Under the pieces are notes generated by a model. It searched no databases. It saw nothing but the letters and a program-made list of their open reading frames with translations, and was not told the origin of the DNA. Below, one piece after another: positions 37,010 to 49,653 of a stretch of 64,000 bases of DNA. Origin of the DNA: Chiloscyllium plagiosum (taxonomy: Eukaryota); contig NC_057719.1 in assembly GCF_004010195.1 (NCBI RefSeq), positions 87,483,633-87,547,632 of the forward strand, read 5' to 3'. Position numbers and translations under genes: made by a program. Within the stretch, counting starts at the first letter, position 1; every line of letters starts with the position of its first letter.

Positions 37010-40000
37010 CTGTGTGCACAAATCACACTGTGTTACTGCACAGGTATATACACCGCATCGCACTGAGACATTATTACACACCGCAGCGCACTGAGACACT
37101 ATTACAGACCATATCGCACTGGGACACTATTACACACTGTGTCGCACTGGGGCACTATTACAGACCGCGCCGCACTGGGACACTATTACAGACCACATCG
37201 CACATAGAGATTATTACACAACGGGTCGCACATAGAGACTATTACACAACGCATCACACTGGGACAAAAATTACACAACGCGTCACACTGGGACACTATT
37301 ATACACTGCGTCGCACATAGAGACTATTACACGACGTGTCGCACTGGGACAAAATTACACACCACGTCGCACTGGGGCATTATTACACACCGCGTCGCAC
37401 TGGGACACTATTACACACCGTGTCACACTGGGACATTATTACAGACCGCATCGCACTGGGGCATTATTACATACTGCGTCGCACTGGGGCACTATTACAT
37501 ACCGAATCGCACTGGGGCACTATTACATACTGCATCGCACATACAGACTATTACACAACGCATCGCAATGGGACAAAATTACACACCGGGACACTATTAC
37601 ACACCACGTCACAATGGGACAAAATTACACACCGCGCCGCACTGGGACACTATTAAACACCACATTGCAATGGGACACTATTACAGACCGCGTCACACTA
37701 GGACACTATTACACACCATGTTGCACTGGGACACTATTACACACCACGTCGCACTGGGACAAAATTACGCACCACGTTGCAATGAGACACTATTACAGAC
37801 CGTGTCGCACTGGGACACTATTACACACCACGTCGCAATGGGACACTATGACACACCATGTCGTACTGTGACACTATCACACACCATGTCGCACTGGGAC
37901 ACTAGTACACACCATGTCTCACTGGGACACTACTACACACCATGCTGCACTGGGATACTAGTACTCACCGCGTCACACTGGGACACTATTACGCACCGCA
38001 TCGCACTGGGGTACTAGTACACATTACGTCGTACTGGGACACTATTACACACCACATTACATTACAATACTAGTACACACCGTGTCTCACTGGGACACAA
38101 CTACACACTGCGTCGCACTGGGACACTAGTACACACTACGTCACACTGGGACACTATTACATACCGTGTCGCACTGCAACAATAGTACACACCGTGTCAC
38201 ACTGGGACACTATTACACACCACGTCGCACTGGGACATTAGTACACACCGTGTCACACAGGGACACTAGTACACACTGCGTCGCATTGGGACACTATTAC
38301 ACACTGCATCACACTGGGACAAAACTACACACAGTGTGACACGGTGTGTAGTTTTGTCCCAGTGTGATGCAGTGTGTAATAGTGTCCCAGTTTGACGCGG
38401 GATGTAATAGTGTCCCAGTGCAACGCGGTGTGTTATCGTGTCTCGGTGTGTTATCGTGTCTGAGTGTGTTATCGTGTCTCAGTGTGACACGGAGACACGA
38501 TAACACACCGAGACACGATAACACACCGCGTTGCACTGGGACACTATTACACATTAGTCGCACTGGGACACTAGTACACACCGTGTCGCGCTGGGACACC
38601 AGTACACACTGTGTCACACTGGGACACGACAACACAACACGTCACACTGGGACACCACAACACCCTGCGTCGCACTGGGTTACTATTCCATACCGCATCG
38701 CACTGGGTCACTAGTACACATCGCATCGCACTGGGACACTATTACACACCATGTCATACTGGGACACTAGTACACACTGTGTCTCACTGGGTCACTATTA
38801 CACATCGCGTCACACTAGGACACTATTACACACTGCATCGCACTGGGTCACTATTAGACACCATGTCGCAATGGGACACTAGTACACACTGCGTTGCACT
38901 GGGACACTAGTAAACATCATGTCGCACTGGGTCACTATTACACACCATGTCATACGGGACACTAGTATACACCGTGTCACACTTGGACACTATTACACAC
39001 TGCATTGCACTGGGACACTAGTACACACTGCATCGCACTGGGTCACTATTACACACCATGTCGCACTGGGACATTAGTACACACTGCGTTGCACTGGAAC
39101 ACTAGCACTCATCACTTCGCACTGGGTTACTATTACATACCATGTCGCATTGGGACACTAGTACACATCGCCTTGCACTGGGTCACTATTACACACTGCA
39201 TCGCACTGGGACACTATTACACACCACAACGCAATGGGACACTAATACACACAGCGTCGCACTGGGACACTATTACACACCTCAACGCACTAGGACATCA
39301 GTACACACTGCGTCACACTGGGACACTATTATACATCGTGTCGCACTGGGACACGACAACACACCATGTCACACTGGGACACCACAACACCCCACGTCGC
39401 ACTGTGGCACTATTACAGACCGCGTCGCACTGGGACACTATTATACACCGTGTCACACTGGGTCACTATTACACACCGTGTCACACTAGGACACTATTAC
39501 ACACTGCATCGCACTGGGACACTATTACACACCATGTCGCACTGGGTCACTAATACACACTATGTCACACTGGGACACTAGTACACACTGCATTGCACTG
39601 GGACACTAGTACACACCATGTCGCACTGTGACACTATTACACACCACGTCGCACTGGGACACTAGTACACACAGCGTCGCACTGGGACACTATTACACTA
39701 CGCAACGCACTGGGATACTATTACACATCGCTTCGTACTGGGACACTATTACACACCATGTCGCAATGGGACACTAGTACACACAATGTCGCACTGGGAC
39801 ACTGTTACAGACCACGTTGCACTGGGACACTATTACACACCGTGTCACACTGGGACACTAGTATACACAATGTCGCACTGGGACACTAGTACATACCATG
39901 TCGCACTGGGTCACTATTACACGCCGCGTCACACTAGGACACTATTACACACTGCATTGCACTGGGACACTAGTACACACCGCATCGCACTGGGTCACAA

Positions 40001-41020
40001 TTACACACCATGCCGCACTGGGACACTAGTACACACTGCGTTGCACTGGGACACTAGTACACATCGCGTCGCACTGGGTCACTATTACACACCACGTTGC
40101 ACTGGAACACTATTACACACAACATCGCAATGGGACACTAGTTCACACAGCGTCGCACTGGGACACTATTACACACCGCAATGCACTGGGACACTATTAC
40201 ACACCATGTCATACTGGGATACTAGTACACACCGTGTCTCACTAGGTCGCTATTACACACCATTTCACACTGGGTCACTATTACACACCGCGTCACACTA
40301 GGACACTATTACACACTGCATCGCACTGGGACACTATTACACACCATGTCGCACTTGGGCACTTTTACACACCGCATCGCAATGGGACACTATTACACAC
40401 CACACCGCTTTGGGACATTATTACACACCATGTTGCACTGGGACACTATTACACATCGCTTCATACTGAGACACTATTACACACGTGTCGCACTGGGACA
40501 CTGTTACAGACCACGTTGCACTGGGACACTATTACAGACTGCATCGCACTGGGACACTATTACACACCGTGTCACACTGGGACACTAGTACACACCGTGT
40601 CGCACTGGGACACTAGTATATACCACATCACAATGGGACACTATTACACGCCGCATCACACTAGGACACTATTACACACTGCATCGCACTGGGTCACTAT
40701 TACACACCATGTCGCACTGGAACACTAGTACACACTGCATTGCACTGGGACACTAGTACACATTGCTTCGTACTGGGACACTAGTACACATTGCTTCGTA
40801 CTGGGACACTATTACACAGCACGTCGCAATGGGAAAATAATTACACACCACGTCGCAATGGGACACTATTACACACCACGGCGCACTGGGACACTATTAC
40901 GCATCACTTCGTACTGGGACACTATTACACACCACGTCTCAAAGGGACACTATTACGCATCGCTTCGTACTGGGACACTATTACACACCACGTCGCAATG
41001 GGACAGTATTACACACCATG

Positions 41021-41537
41021 TGTGGTGTAAAATTATGTCCCAATACATGTGTGAATCATAATGTAACACATGTATTGGGCCAAGCAGTGGAATGTGGTGA
41101 AACGGTTAAAAATTATGTCCCAATACATGTGTGAATCTAACCGGAATGCTTAGTACACACCTCCCCGTGTGAATCTTCTTATCTGTATGTAGCCAGAATG
41201 GAATGTGTTTTTTAGCCTTGCTCTGCTGTTCACATGAATGTTTATATCTGGAAAAGAGTATATCAGCTGGAAAAGTCTCCAGTTCGGTGAGTCTGCTCCG
41301 GGGTTACGTTTAACCGCCGAGCGTGGGTTGTTGGCAACCGCTCTACGAGAACTGACGGCTCCCAGTTCCGGTAACATGTAGAGTGAGTATAAGCCAGACC
41401 CGTTGTAAGTATGAGACCTGGTTGTGGCGACGCTGCGGGGAATAAAATGCTCATATTCTAGCAGACTCGCCTCTTGGTCGTTTGTTCTGTGTCAGACTAC
41501 TCTCCTACGAACCTGACCTTGAGAATTTTTTAAAACA
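41021..41537 (+). mobile_element. Solo LTR (517 bp) inside the satellite
   Basis: TG...CA termini, 5-bp TSD ccatg/ccacg, TATA-like gtatat near 41258, AATAAA at 41441. Confidence 0.8.
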
Positions 41538-44500
41538 CCACGTCACAATGGGACACTATTACACACTGCATCACACTGGGACACTATTACACACCATGTC
41601 ACACTGGGACACTAGTACACACCCTATCTCACTGGGACACTACTACACACCGTGTCGCACTGGGATTCTAGTACACATTGCGTCGTACTGGGACACTGTT
41701 ACACACCACGTCACACAGCGACACTAGTACACACCATGTTGCACTGGGACAAAACTACAAACTGCGTTGCATTGCGACACTAGTACATATCACGTTGCAC
41801 TGTAACACTAGTGCACACCACATCGCACTGGGACAAAACTACATATCGTGTCACACTGGGACACTATTACACACTGCATCACAGTGGGACACTATTGCAG
41901 AGCACGTCACACAGGGACACTAGTACATACTGCATCGCATTGGGACACTATTACACACTGTATCACACTGGGACAAAACTACACACCGTGTCACACTGAG
42001 ACACGATAACACACTGCATTGCACTGGGACACTATTACATACCATGTTGTACTGGGACACTGGTACACACCGTGTCGTATTGGGACACTATTACATACTG
42101 CATCGAACTGGGACACTATTACACACCGCGTTGTACTGGGACACTAGTACATACTGCGTCACATTGGAACACAACACACCGCGTTGCACTGGGACATTAT
42201 TACACACCACGTCGCACTGGGTCACTATTACACACCATGTCGTACTGGGACGCTAGTACACACTGTGTAACACTGGGTCACCTGTACACACTGCATTGCA
42301 CTGGGACACTAGTACATACTGCGTCAAACTGGGACACTATTACACACCATGTCACACTGGACACTATTACACACCATGTCGCACTGGGTCACTATTACAC
42401 ACCATGTCGTACTGGGACACTGTACACACTGCATCGCACTGGGACACCAGTACACACTGTATTGCACTGGGACACTCGTACATACTGCGTCGAACTGGGA
42501 CATTATTACACGCCGCGTCGCACTGGGACACTATTACACATTGCGTCGCACTAGGTCACTATTACACACCATGTTGTAATCGGACACTGTACACACTGTG
42601 TTGCACTGGGACATTAGTACACACTGCATTGCACTGGGACACTACTACATTCTGCATCGAGTTGGGACACTAGTACACACTGCATCACACTGGGACACTA
42701 TTACACACTGCGTCACACTGGGACACTATTACACACCGCATCGCACTAGGTCACTATTACACACCATGCCGTACAAGGACACTGAACACACTGTATCGCA
42801 CTGGGACACTAATACACACTGCGTCACACTGGGTCACTATTACACAATATTGCACTGGGACACTAGTACACACTGCGTTGCACTGGGTCACTAGTACACA
42901 CCGCATCCCATCAGGTCACTATTACACACCATGCCGTACAAGGACACTGAACACATTGTATCGCACTGGGACACAAGTACACACTGCGTCACACTGAGTC
43001 ACTATTACACAATATCACACTGGGACACTATTACACACCATGTCACACTGGGACACTAGTACACACCGCGTCACACTGGGTCACTATTACACAATATCGC
43101 ACTGGGACACTAGTACACACCGCGTCACACTGGGTCACTATTACACAATATCGCACTGGGACACTAGTATACACTGCGTTGCACTGGGTCACTAGTACAC
43201 ATCGCATTGCACTGGGTCACTATTACACACTGCATCACACTGGGACACTATTACACACCGCATCGCACTGAGACACTATTACACACCGCATCGCACAAGG
43301 TCACTATTACACACCATGTTGTAAGTGGACACTGTACACACTGTGTTGCACTGGGACACTAGTACACTTCACGTCGCACTGGGTCACTATTACACACTGC
43401 ATCGCACTGGCACACTAGTACACACTGTGTTGCACTGGGACACTAGTACACACTGCATTGCACTTGGACACTAGTACATACTGCATTGCAATGGGACACT
43501 AGTACACACCGCGTCGCACTGGGACACTATTACTTACCATGTCGCACTGGGACATTATTACACACCACGCCGCATTGGGACACAATTACACACTGTGTCG
43601 CACTGGGACATTATTACACACCACGTTGCACTTGGACACTATTACACACCATGTCGCACTAGGACACTATCAACACACCACATCGCACTGGGACACTATT
43701 ACACATCGCTTCGTAATGGGACACTATTATACACCATGTCGTACTGGGATACTAGTACACACTGCATTGCACTGGGACACTAGTACAAACTGCATTGAAT
43801 TGGGACACTATTACACACCATGTCGCAGGGTCACTATTACACACCATGTCGCACTGGGACACTAGTACACACTGCGTTGCACTGGGTCACTAGTACACAT
43901 CGCGTTGCACTGGGACACTATTACACACCGCATCGCACTAGGTCACTATTACACACCATGTTGTAATTGGACACTGCACACACTGTGTTGCACTGGGACA
44001 CCAGTACACACCGTGTCGCACTGGGTCACAATTACACACCACGCCGCAATGGGACACTATTACACACTATGTTGCACTGGGACACTATTACAGACCACGT
44101 TGCACTAGGACACTATCACACACCACGTCGCACTGGGACACTATTACACATCGCTTCGTACTGGGACACTATTACATACCGCGTCACGATAGGACACTAG
44201 TACACTCCATGTCACATTGGAACACTATTACACATCGTGTTGCACTGGGTCACTATTACACACCATGTTGCACTGGGACACTAGTACACACTGCGATACT
44301 AGTACACAATATCGCACTGGGACACTAGTATACACTGCGGTGCACTGGGTCACTAGTACACATCGCATTGCACTGGGTCACTATTACACACTGCGTCACA
44401 CTGGGACACTATTACACACCGCATCGCACTGAGACATTATTACACACCGCATCGCACAAGGTCACTATTACACACCATGTTGTAAGTGGACACTGTATAC

Positions 44501-45104
44501 GCTGTGTTGCACTGGGACACTAGTACACTTCACGTCGCACTGGGTCACTATTACACACTGCGTCGCACTGGGACACTATTACACATCACGTCGCAATGGG
44601 ACACTAGTACACACAGCATCGCACTGGGACACTATTACACACCACGCCGCATTGGGACACTATTACACACTGTGTCGCACTGGGACATTAGTACACACCA
44701 TGTTGCACTGGGACACTATTACACACTATGTCACACTAGGACACTATTACACACCATGTCGCACTGGGACACTAGTACACTCCATGTCACATTGGGACTC
44801 TATTATGCACTGTTACACTATGTCACTATTACACACCGCATCGCACTGGGACACTAGGACATATTGCATTGCACTGGGACACTATTACACATTGCATCAC
44901 ACTGGGACACCATTACATACCATGTCGCACTTGGGCACTATTACACACCGCGTCGCACTGGGACACTAGGACACAGTTGCGTTGCACTGGGACACTATTG
45001 CACATTGCATCACACTGGGACACTATTACACACGGGCACTATTACACACCGCGTCGCACTGGGACACTATCGCAATCATGTCGCACTGGGACACTAGTAC
45101 ACAC

Positions 45105-45833
45105 TGCAAGCGGGCATCAGAGCCGCCCTGCATTTGCCATGGGACTATGCCTACATCAGGAAACGATAAGAATTCATTTTTGTGTTTTAAACAGCAGTCG
45201 CAGCTTTAAACCCACAAAAACTCAGCAGCTGCCGGTCTGCCCACGTGACTGGGAGATAGGAGACAGAGGACAGATAGAATCCACACTAGACCAACATTAC
45301 CCATGACTCATGGGCCAAAACTCCGGAATTAATTAAATATGGAAACCCATCTCCTAATCACTTCAAGAGACTGACTGAAACACACACATACCCATCGATA
45401 CGGAGCCATTCTGACACAAAGGACAGGCATCCACCAGACAGGTACGGACAGACCAATACACACCAACACCCCAAGGGAACAAAGGGGGAGTGCTAGCCCC
45501 TGCCCTCACAGAGAGACAAGCAGATAATACCCGGACCCGTTTTACATAAACCAATTAGCACCCTATTGTGCGTGTTGCAACTCTCCTGGGACGGCAGGAA
45601 ACAGCCTTTCGCACCTACTCCAGTGAGGATGGGGAACTATCATCCCATTCATCCTCAAATCCCACACATCCTGACAACTAAAAGTATATAATATGAAGCT
45701 GCGCACGGGAACAGCAGAGCAGCCGAGATTCGGACCTCGGTTGACCTCCGCCGGCATTACTGCAGTAATAAACGTTACCGATTGTTGAACCGCACTCTGG
45801 GCTCGGACTGATGTCATTTCATCCGCGCTAACA
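45105..45833 (+). mobile_element. Solo LTR (729 bp), ERV-like, inside the satellite
   Basis: TGCAAGCG...CGCTAACA termini, 4-bp TSD acac, CCAAT at 45551, TATATAA at 45685, AATAAA at 45767. Confidence 0.85.
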
Positions 45834-46002
45834 ACACCATGTTGCACTGGGACACTAGTACACACCATGTCGAGCTGGGACACTACTGCACATCACATCG
45901 AACTGTGACACAATAACTCATCGGACTGCATCGCTAATACACACCAGCCTGCGACACTAATACACACTGCACCATACTCTGCTGTCACTCGTCCTTTCTC
46001 AC

Positions 46003-46093
46003 CTTGATGACGTTGTCTCGGTGAAGTCTGCACTCCTATGGTTTCTTCATCAGATGAGCAGCTATCAGTCTCTTTACTCTCTTGGTTCTCTGC
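46003..46093 (-). CDS. SPTBN5: Beta-spectrin exon 7 (non-repeat insert)
   Basis: ttcacag|AENQESKETDSCSSDEETIGVQTSPRQRHQ G|gtgaga; 91 nt, phase 0->1, matches next exon; no spectrin-repeat similarity, so it rests on splice sites and phase. Confidence 0.65.
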
Positions 46094-46717
46094 CTGTGAA
46101 TAAGACACATCACATCTTTCAAATCTCCAAGTTCATTTCATCACATCTGCTCAAAGGGCTGCTGCTTAAACAAATACCATGAGCTGAAACCAAGTACACA
46201 GCCAATTTTTTGTCAATGATCCAGCTCTTGTTTGGTGTCCTAGTGGAGCAATAGCTGAAAGGCATTAGGGTACAGTTTGATGGCCCTAAAACTCCTAAGT
46301 AAAGGTCCCTCTACACTGTTCCCATCAAATTCCCAGGACAGGCAGGAGGATAATAAGTAGAAGAGTAATCTAGTTGGTGTACTGAGCCATCTGTGCCACT
46401 CAATTTGATCAAGGCTCATCTTCAGTTTGAACTCAACTTCCTTGACACCTTGACATTCAGACTGACTTCACAAGAGTAAAAGCTCTATCTATCTCAGCTT
46501 TAAATTTATTCAAGGATGGAATGTCTCCTCACAGGTAAGAATTCCAAAGCTTCACAACACTCTGAGTGAAGATATGTTTCCCCATCTCAGACCTGAGGTG
46601 TTGCTGTGTTAACCTGTTCCTGTCTTCTAACCTCCCCAGTCAGGGGAAACAACTTCTCAGTGTTTACTACGTCAGTTCCCTTCATTGAGGTCGTCCCCTA
46701 TTTTTCTGGAGAACACT

Positions 46718-47038
46718 AGATTAGATTAGATTACATTACATTACAGTGTGGAAACAGGCCCTTCGGCCCAACAAGTCCACACCGACCCGCCGAAGCGCAA
46801 CCCACCCATACCCCTACATTTACCCCTTACCTAACACTATGGGCAATTTAGCATGGCCAATTCACCTGATCTGCACATCTTTGGACTGTGGGAGGAAACC
46901 GGAGCACCCGGAGGAAACCCACGCAGACACGGGGAGAACGTGCAAACTCCACACAGTCAGTCGCCTGAGGTGGGAATTGAACCCGGGTCTCCGGCGCTGT
47001 GAGGCAGCAGTGTTAACCACTGTGCCGCCGTGCCGCCC
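46718..47038 (-). mobile_element. Young HE1-like V-SINE
   Basis: Near-identical to the 15214 copy. Confidence 0.9.
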
Positions 47039-47287
47039 ATACTGACCCAATTCGCTCAGACTCCCAGCAAAGGATAACTCTCTCACCCCAGGGACCAATC
47101 TGGTGAACCTTTGCTGTATCAGCTCGAATACAAGGATAGCTTTTATTCGACCTGGTCACTAAAACTGCATGCACCTCTCTTATGGAGTAGTCTCACATAA
47201 TCCCTATACCACTGCAGCAAGACTTCTTTATTCCTGAGTCTAAATTCCTTGCAATACATATCATTTTCCTCATACATACAAAATAAT

Positions 47288-47599
47288 TAGATTAGATTAG
47301 ATTAGATTAGATTAGATTACTTTACAGTGTGGAAACAGGCCCTTCGGCCCAACAAGTCCACACCGACCCGCCGAAGCGTAACCCACCCATACCCCTACAT
47401 TTACCCCTTACCTAACACTACAGGCAATTTAGCAGGGCCAATTCACCTGACCTGCACATCTTTGGACTGTGGGAGGAAACCGGAGCACCCGGAGGAAACC
47501 CACGCAGACACGGGGAGAACGTGCAAACTCCACACAGTCAGTCGCCTGAGGCGGGAATTGAACCCGGGTCTCTGGCGCTGCGAGGCAGCAGTGCTAACC
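47288..47599 (-). mobile_element. Young HE1-like V-SINE (5' truncated)
   Basis: Near-identical body; lacks the first ~20 nt of the head. Confidence 0.9.
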
Positions 47600-48027
47600 T
47601 TGTACGAATATACCAGACTCCCTCTGAACATCAACATTTACAAAGGTTGTACCGTTTAAATAATATCCTGCTGTTCTAATCTTCCAGCCAGAGTCTAACT
47701 TGCCACCTTATTGCCCACTCACCTCCTCTGCCCACTGCTTTAATCTGTATTTTTGTACAGCCTCACAGCCTGTATTCCCCCTGACTACACAGTGTCAAAA
47801 ACAGATACATATATCTTTGTCTAAGTCATTCATATTACAAATGACTGAGAATGAGCACTAATCCTGTGGCATTGTAGTTGTTCCAGCCCACCAACTTAGA
47901 AATGCCTCATTTAAACCTATTCATTAATTCCTGTCAACTAACCAACACTCTATTCATGTTAATATATCGTTCAACTCCTTGAGCCCTCTTGTGTGTATTA
48001 ACGTTTCGTGTGGTATCTTATCGAGCT

Positions 48028-48320
48028 GGCACGGTGGCACAGTGGTTAGCACTGCTGCCTCACAGCGCCAGAGATCCGGGTTCAATTCCCGCCTCAGACA
48101 ACTGACTGTGTGGAGTTTGCACATTCTCGCCATGTCTGCGTGGGTTTCCTCCCACAGTCCAAAAATGTGCAGGTCAGGTGAATTGGCCATGCTAGATTGT
48201 CCGTAGTGTTAGGTGCAGGGGTAAATGTAGGGGAATGGGTCTGGGTGGGTTGCGCTTCGGCGAGTCGGTGTGGACTTGTTGGGCCGAAGGGCCTGTTTCC
48301 ACACTGTAAGTAATCTAATC
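48028..48320 (+). mobile_element. HE1-like V-SINE
   Basis: ggcacggtggcacagtggttagc...gtaagtaatctaatc. Confidence 0.9.
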
Positions 48321-48589
48321 AATGCCTTTTCAAAATCCAGATATACTATGTCTACTTATTCCTCTTTACTTATTCTCCTCAGTACATCCTGAAAATACTT
48401 TAATAAAATTTGCCATGCAGGACTTCCCTTTAATTAAACCTTGTTGACTTTGATCATGTTGCAACTGCTTGCATGAATGATGCGGGATAGATGGGAAGGG
48501 GTCTCAGGAATGGACCATGTTATCACAGAGAAACTGGGTCTCCAAATGCTGAAAGGAGAAGATATGTTTGATGATGTGTTTACCGTCAC

Positions 48590-49260
48590 TGAATTCCTCC
48601 ATTATCAACATCTTGGGGGGTTATCATTGGCCAAAAACTCCATTGGACTCACCATAAATGCAGTGGCTACAAGTGCAGGTCAGAGGCTAGTAATACTCCA
48701 GCAGGTATCCCACCTCCTGACTCCCCAAAGCCTGTCCACCATCTACAAGGCCCAAGTCAGGAGTGTGATGGAATACTCTCCACTTGTCTGGATGGGTGCA
48801 GCTCCAACAGCACTCAAGATGTTTGACACCATCCAGGACAAAGCAGCTCACTTGAATGGACCACATCCACAAGCATCCGCTCCCTCCACCACAGATGGTC
48901 AGTAGCAACACTGTGTACTTTCTAAAAGACGTACTGCAGAAAGTCACCAAAGATCCTCAGACAGCACCTTCCAAACCCACGAACACTTCCATCTAGAAGG
49001 ACAAGAGCAGTAGACACATGGGAATACCGCCACCTTCAACTTCCCCTCCAAGCCTCTCACCATCCTGACTTGGAAATATATCTGTGCTCCTTCACTGTCG
49101 CTGGGTCAAAATCCTGGAACTCCTTCCCTAATGGCATTGTGGGGCAGAATGAGGAAGACTGCACCAGTTCAAGAAGGCAGCTCACCACCACCTTCTCAAG
49201 GGCAACTAGGGACAGGCAATAAATGCTGGCCCAGCCAGCGACACCCATAAATGAATACTT
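48590..49260 (+). mobile_element. CR1/L2-group LINE 3' portion
   Basis: LTPQSLSTIYKAQVRSVMEYSPLVW; minus-strand relative at 50470-51230. Confidence 0.78.
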
Positions 49261-49337
49261 TAAAAAAAATTTTAAAAAGATGACATCACCCTGAGGCGGG
49301 TGATGACAGAGGATAATCTGTTGAATATGGACACTGG

Positions 49338-49653
49338 TTAGATTAGATTAGATTACTTACAGTGTGGAAACAGGCCCTTCAGCCCAACAAGTCCACACCG
49401 CCCCGCCGAAGCGCAACCCACCCATACCCCTACATTTACCCCTTACCTAACACTACGGGCAATTTAGCATGGCCAATTCACCTGACCTGCACGTCTTTGG
49501 ACTGTGGGAGGAAACCGGAGCACCCGGAGGAAACCCACGCAGATACGGGGAGAACATGCAAACTCCACACAGTCAGTCGCCTGAGGCAGGAATTGAACCC
49601 GGGTGTCTAGCGCTGTGAGGCAGCAGTGCTAACCACTGTGCCACCGTGCCGCC
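49338..49653 (-). mobile_element. Young HE1-like V-SINE
   Basis: Near-identical to the 15214 copy. Confidence 0.9.

Larger units (their letters stand above)
37040..45965. repeat. 28-bp tandem satellite, roughly 270 units (consensus GCACTGGGACACTATTACACACCATGTC)
   Basis: CACTGGG recurs every 28 nt (e.g. 37398, 37426); interrupted by an inversion and two LTRs; fills the intron between exons 7 and 8. Confidence 0.97.

Noticed and set aside
36874..45306. His/Thr-rich ORFs (HWDTITH..., GHYYT...)
   Set aside because: Translations of the satellite in all three frames; no coding evidence
37040..45965. CRISPR array
   Set aside because: The 28-bp units are head-to-tail with no unique spacers, there are no cas genes, and the context is a eukaryotic intron
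37040..45965. V(D)J recombination signal array (CACTGGG near the heptamer complement CACTGTG; occasional ACAAAACT)
   Set aside because: Heptamer is mismatched, nonamer orientation and 12/23 spacing are wrong, and no Ig/TCR segments are nearby
48028..48110. tRNA genes
   Set aside because: These are tRNA-derived SINE heads continuing into SINE body and tail
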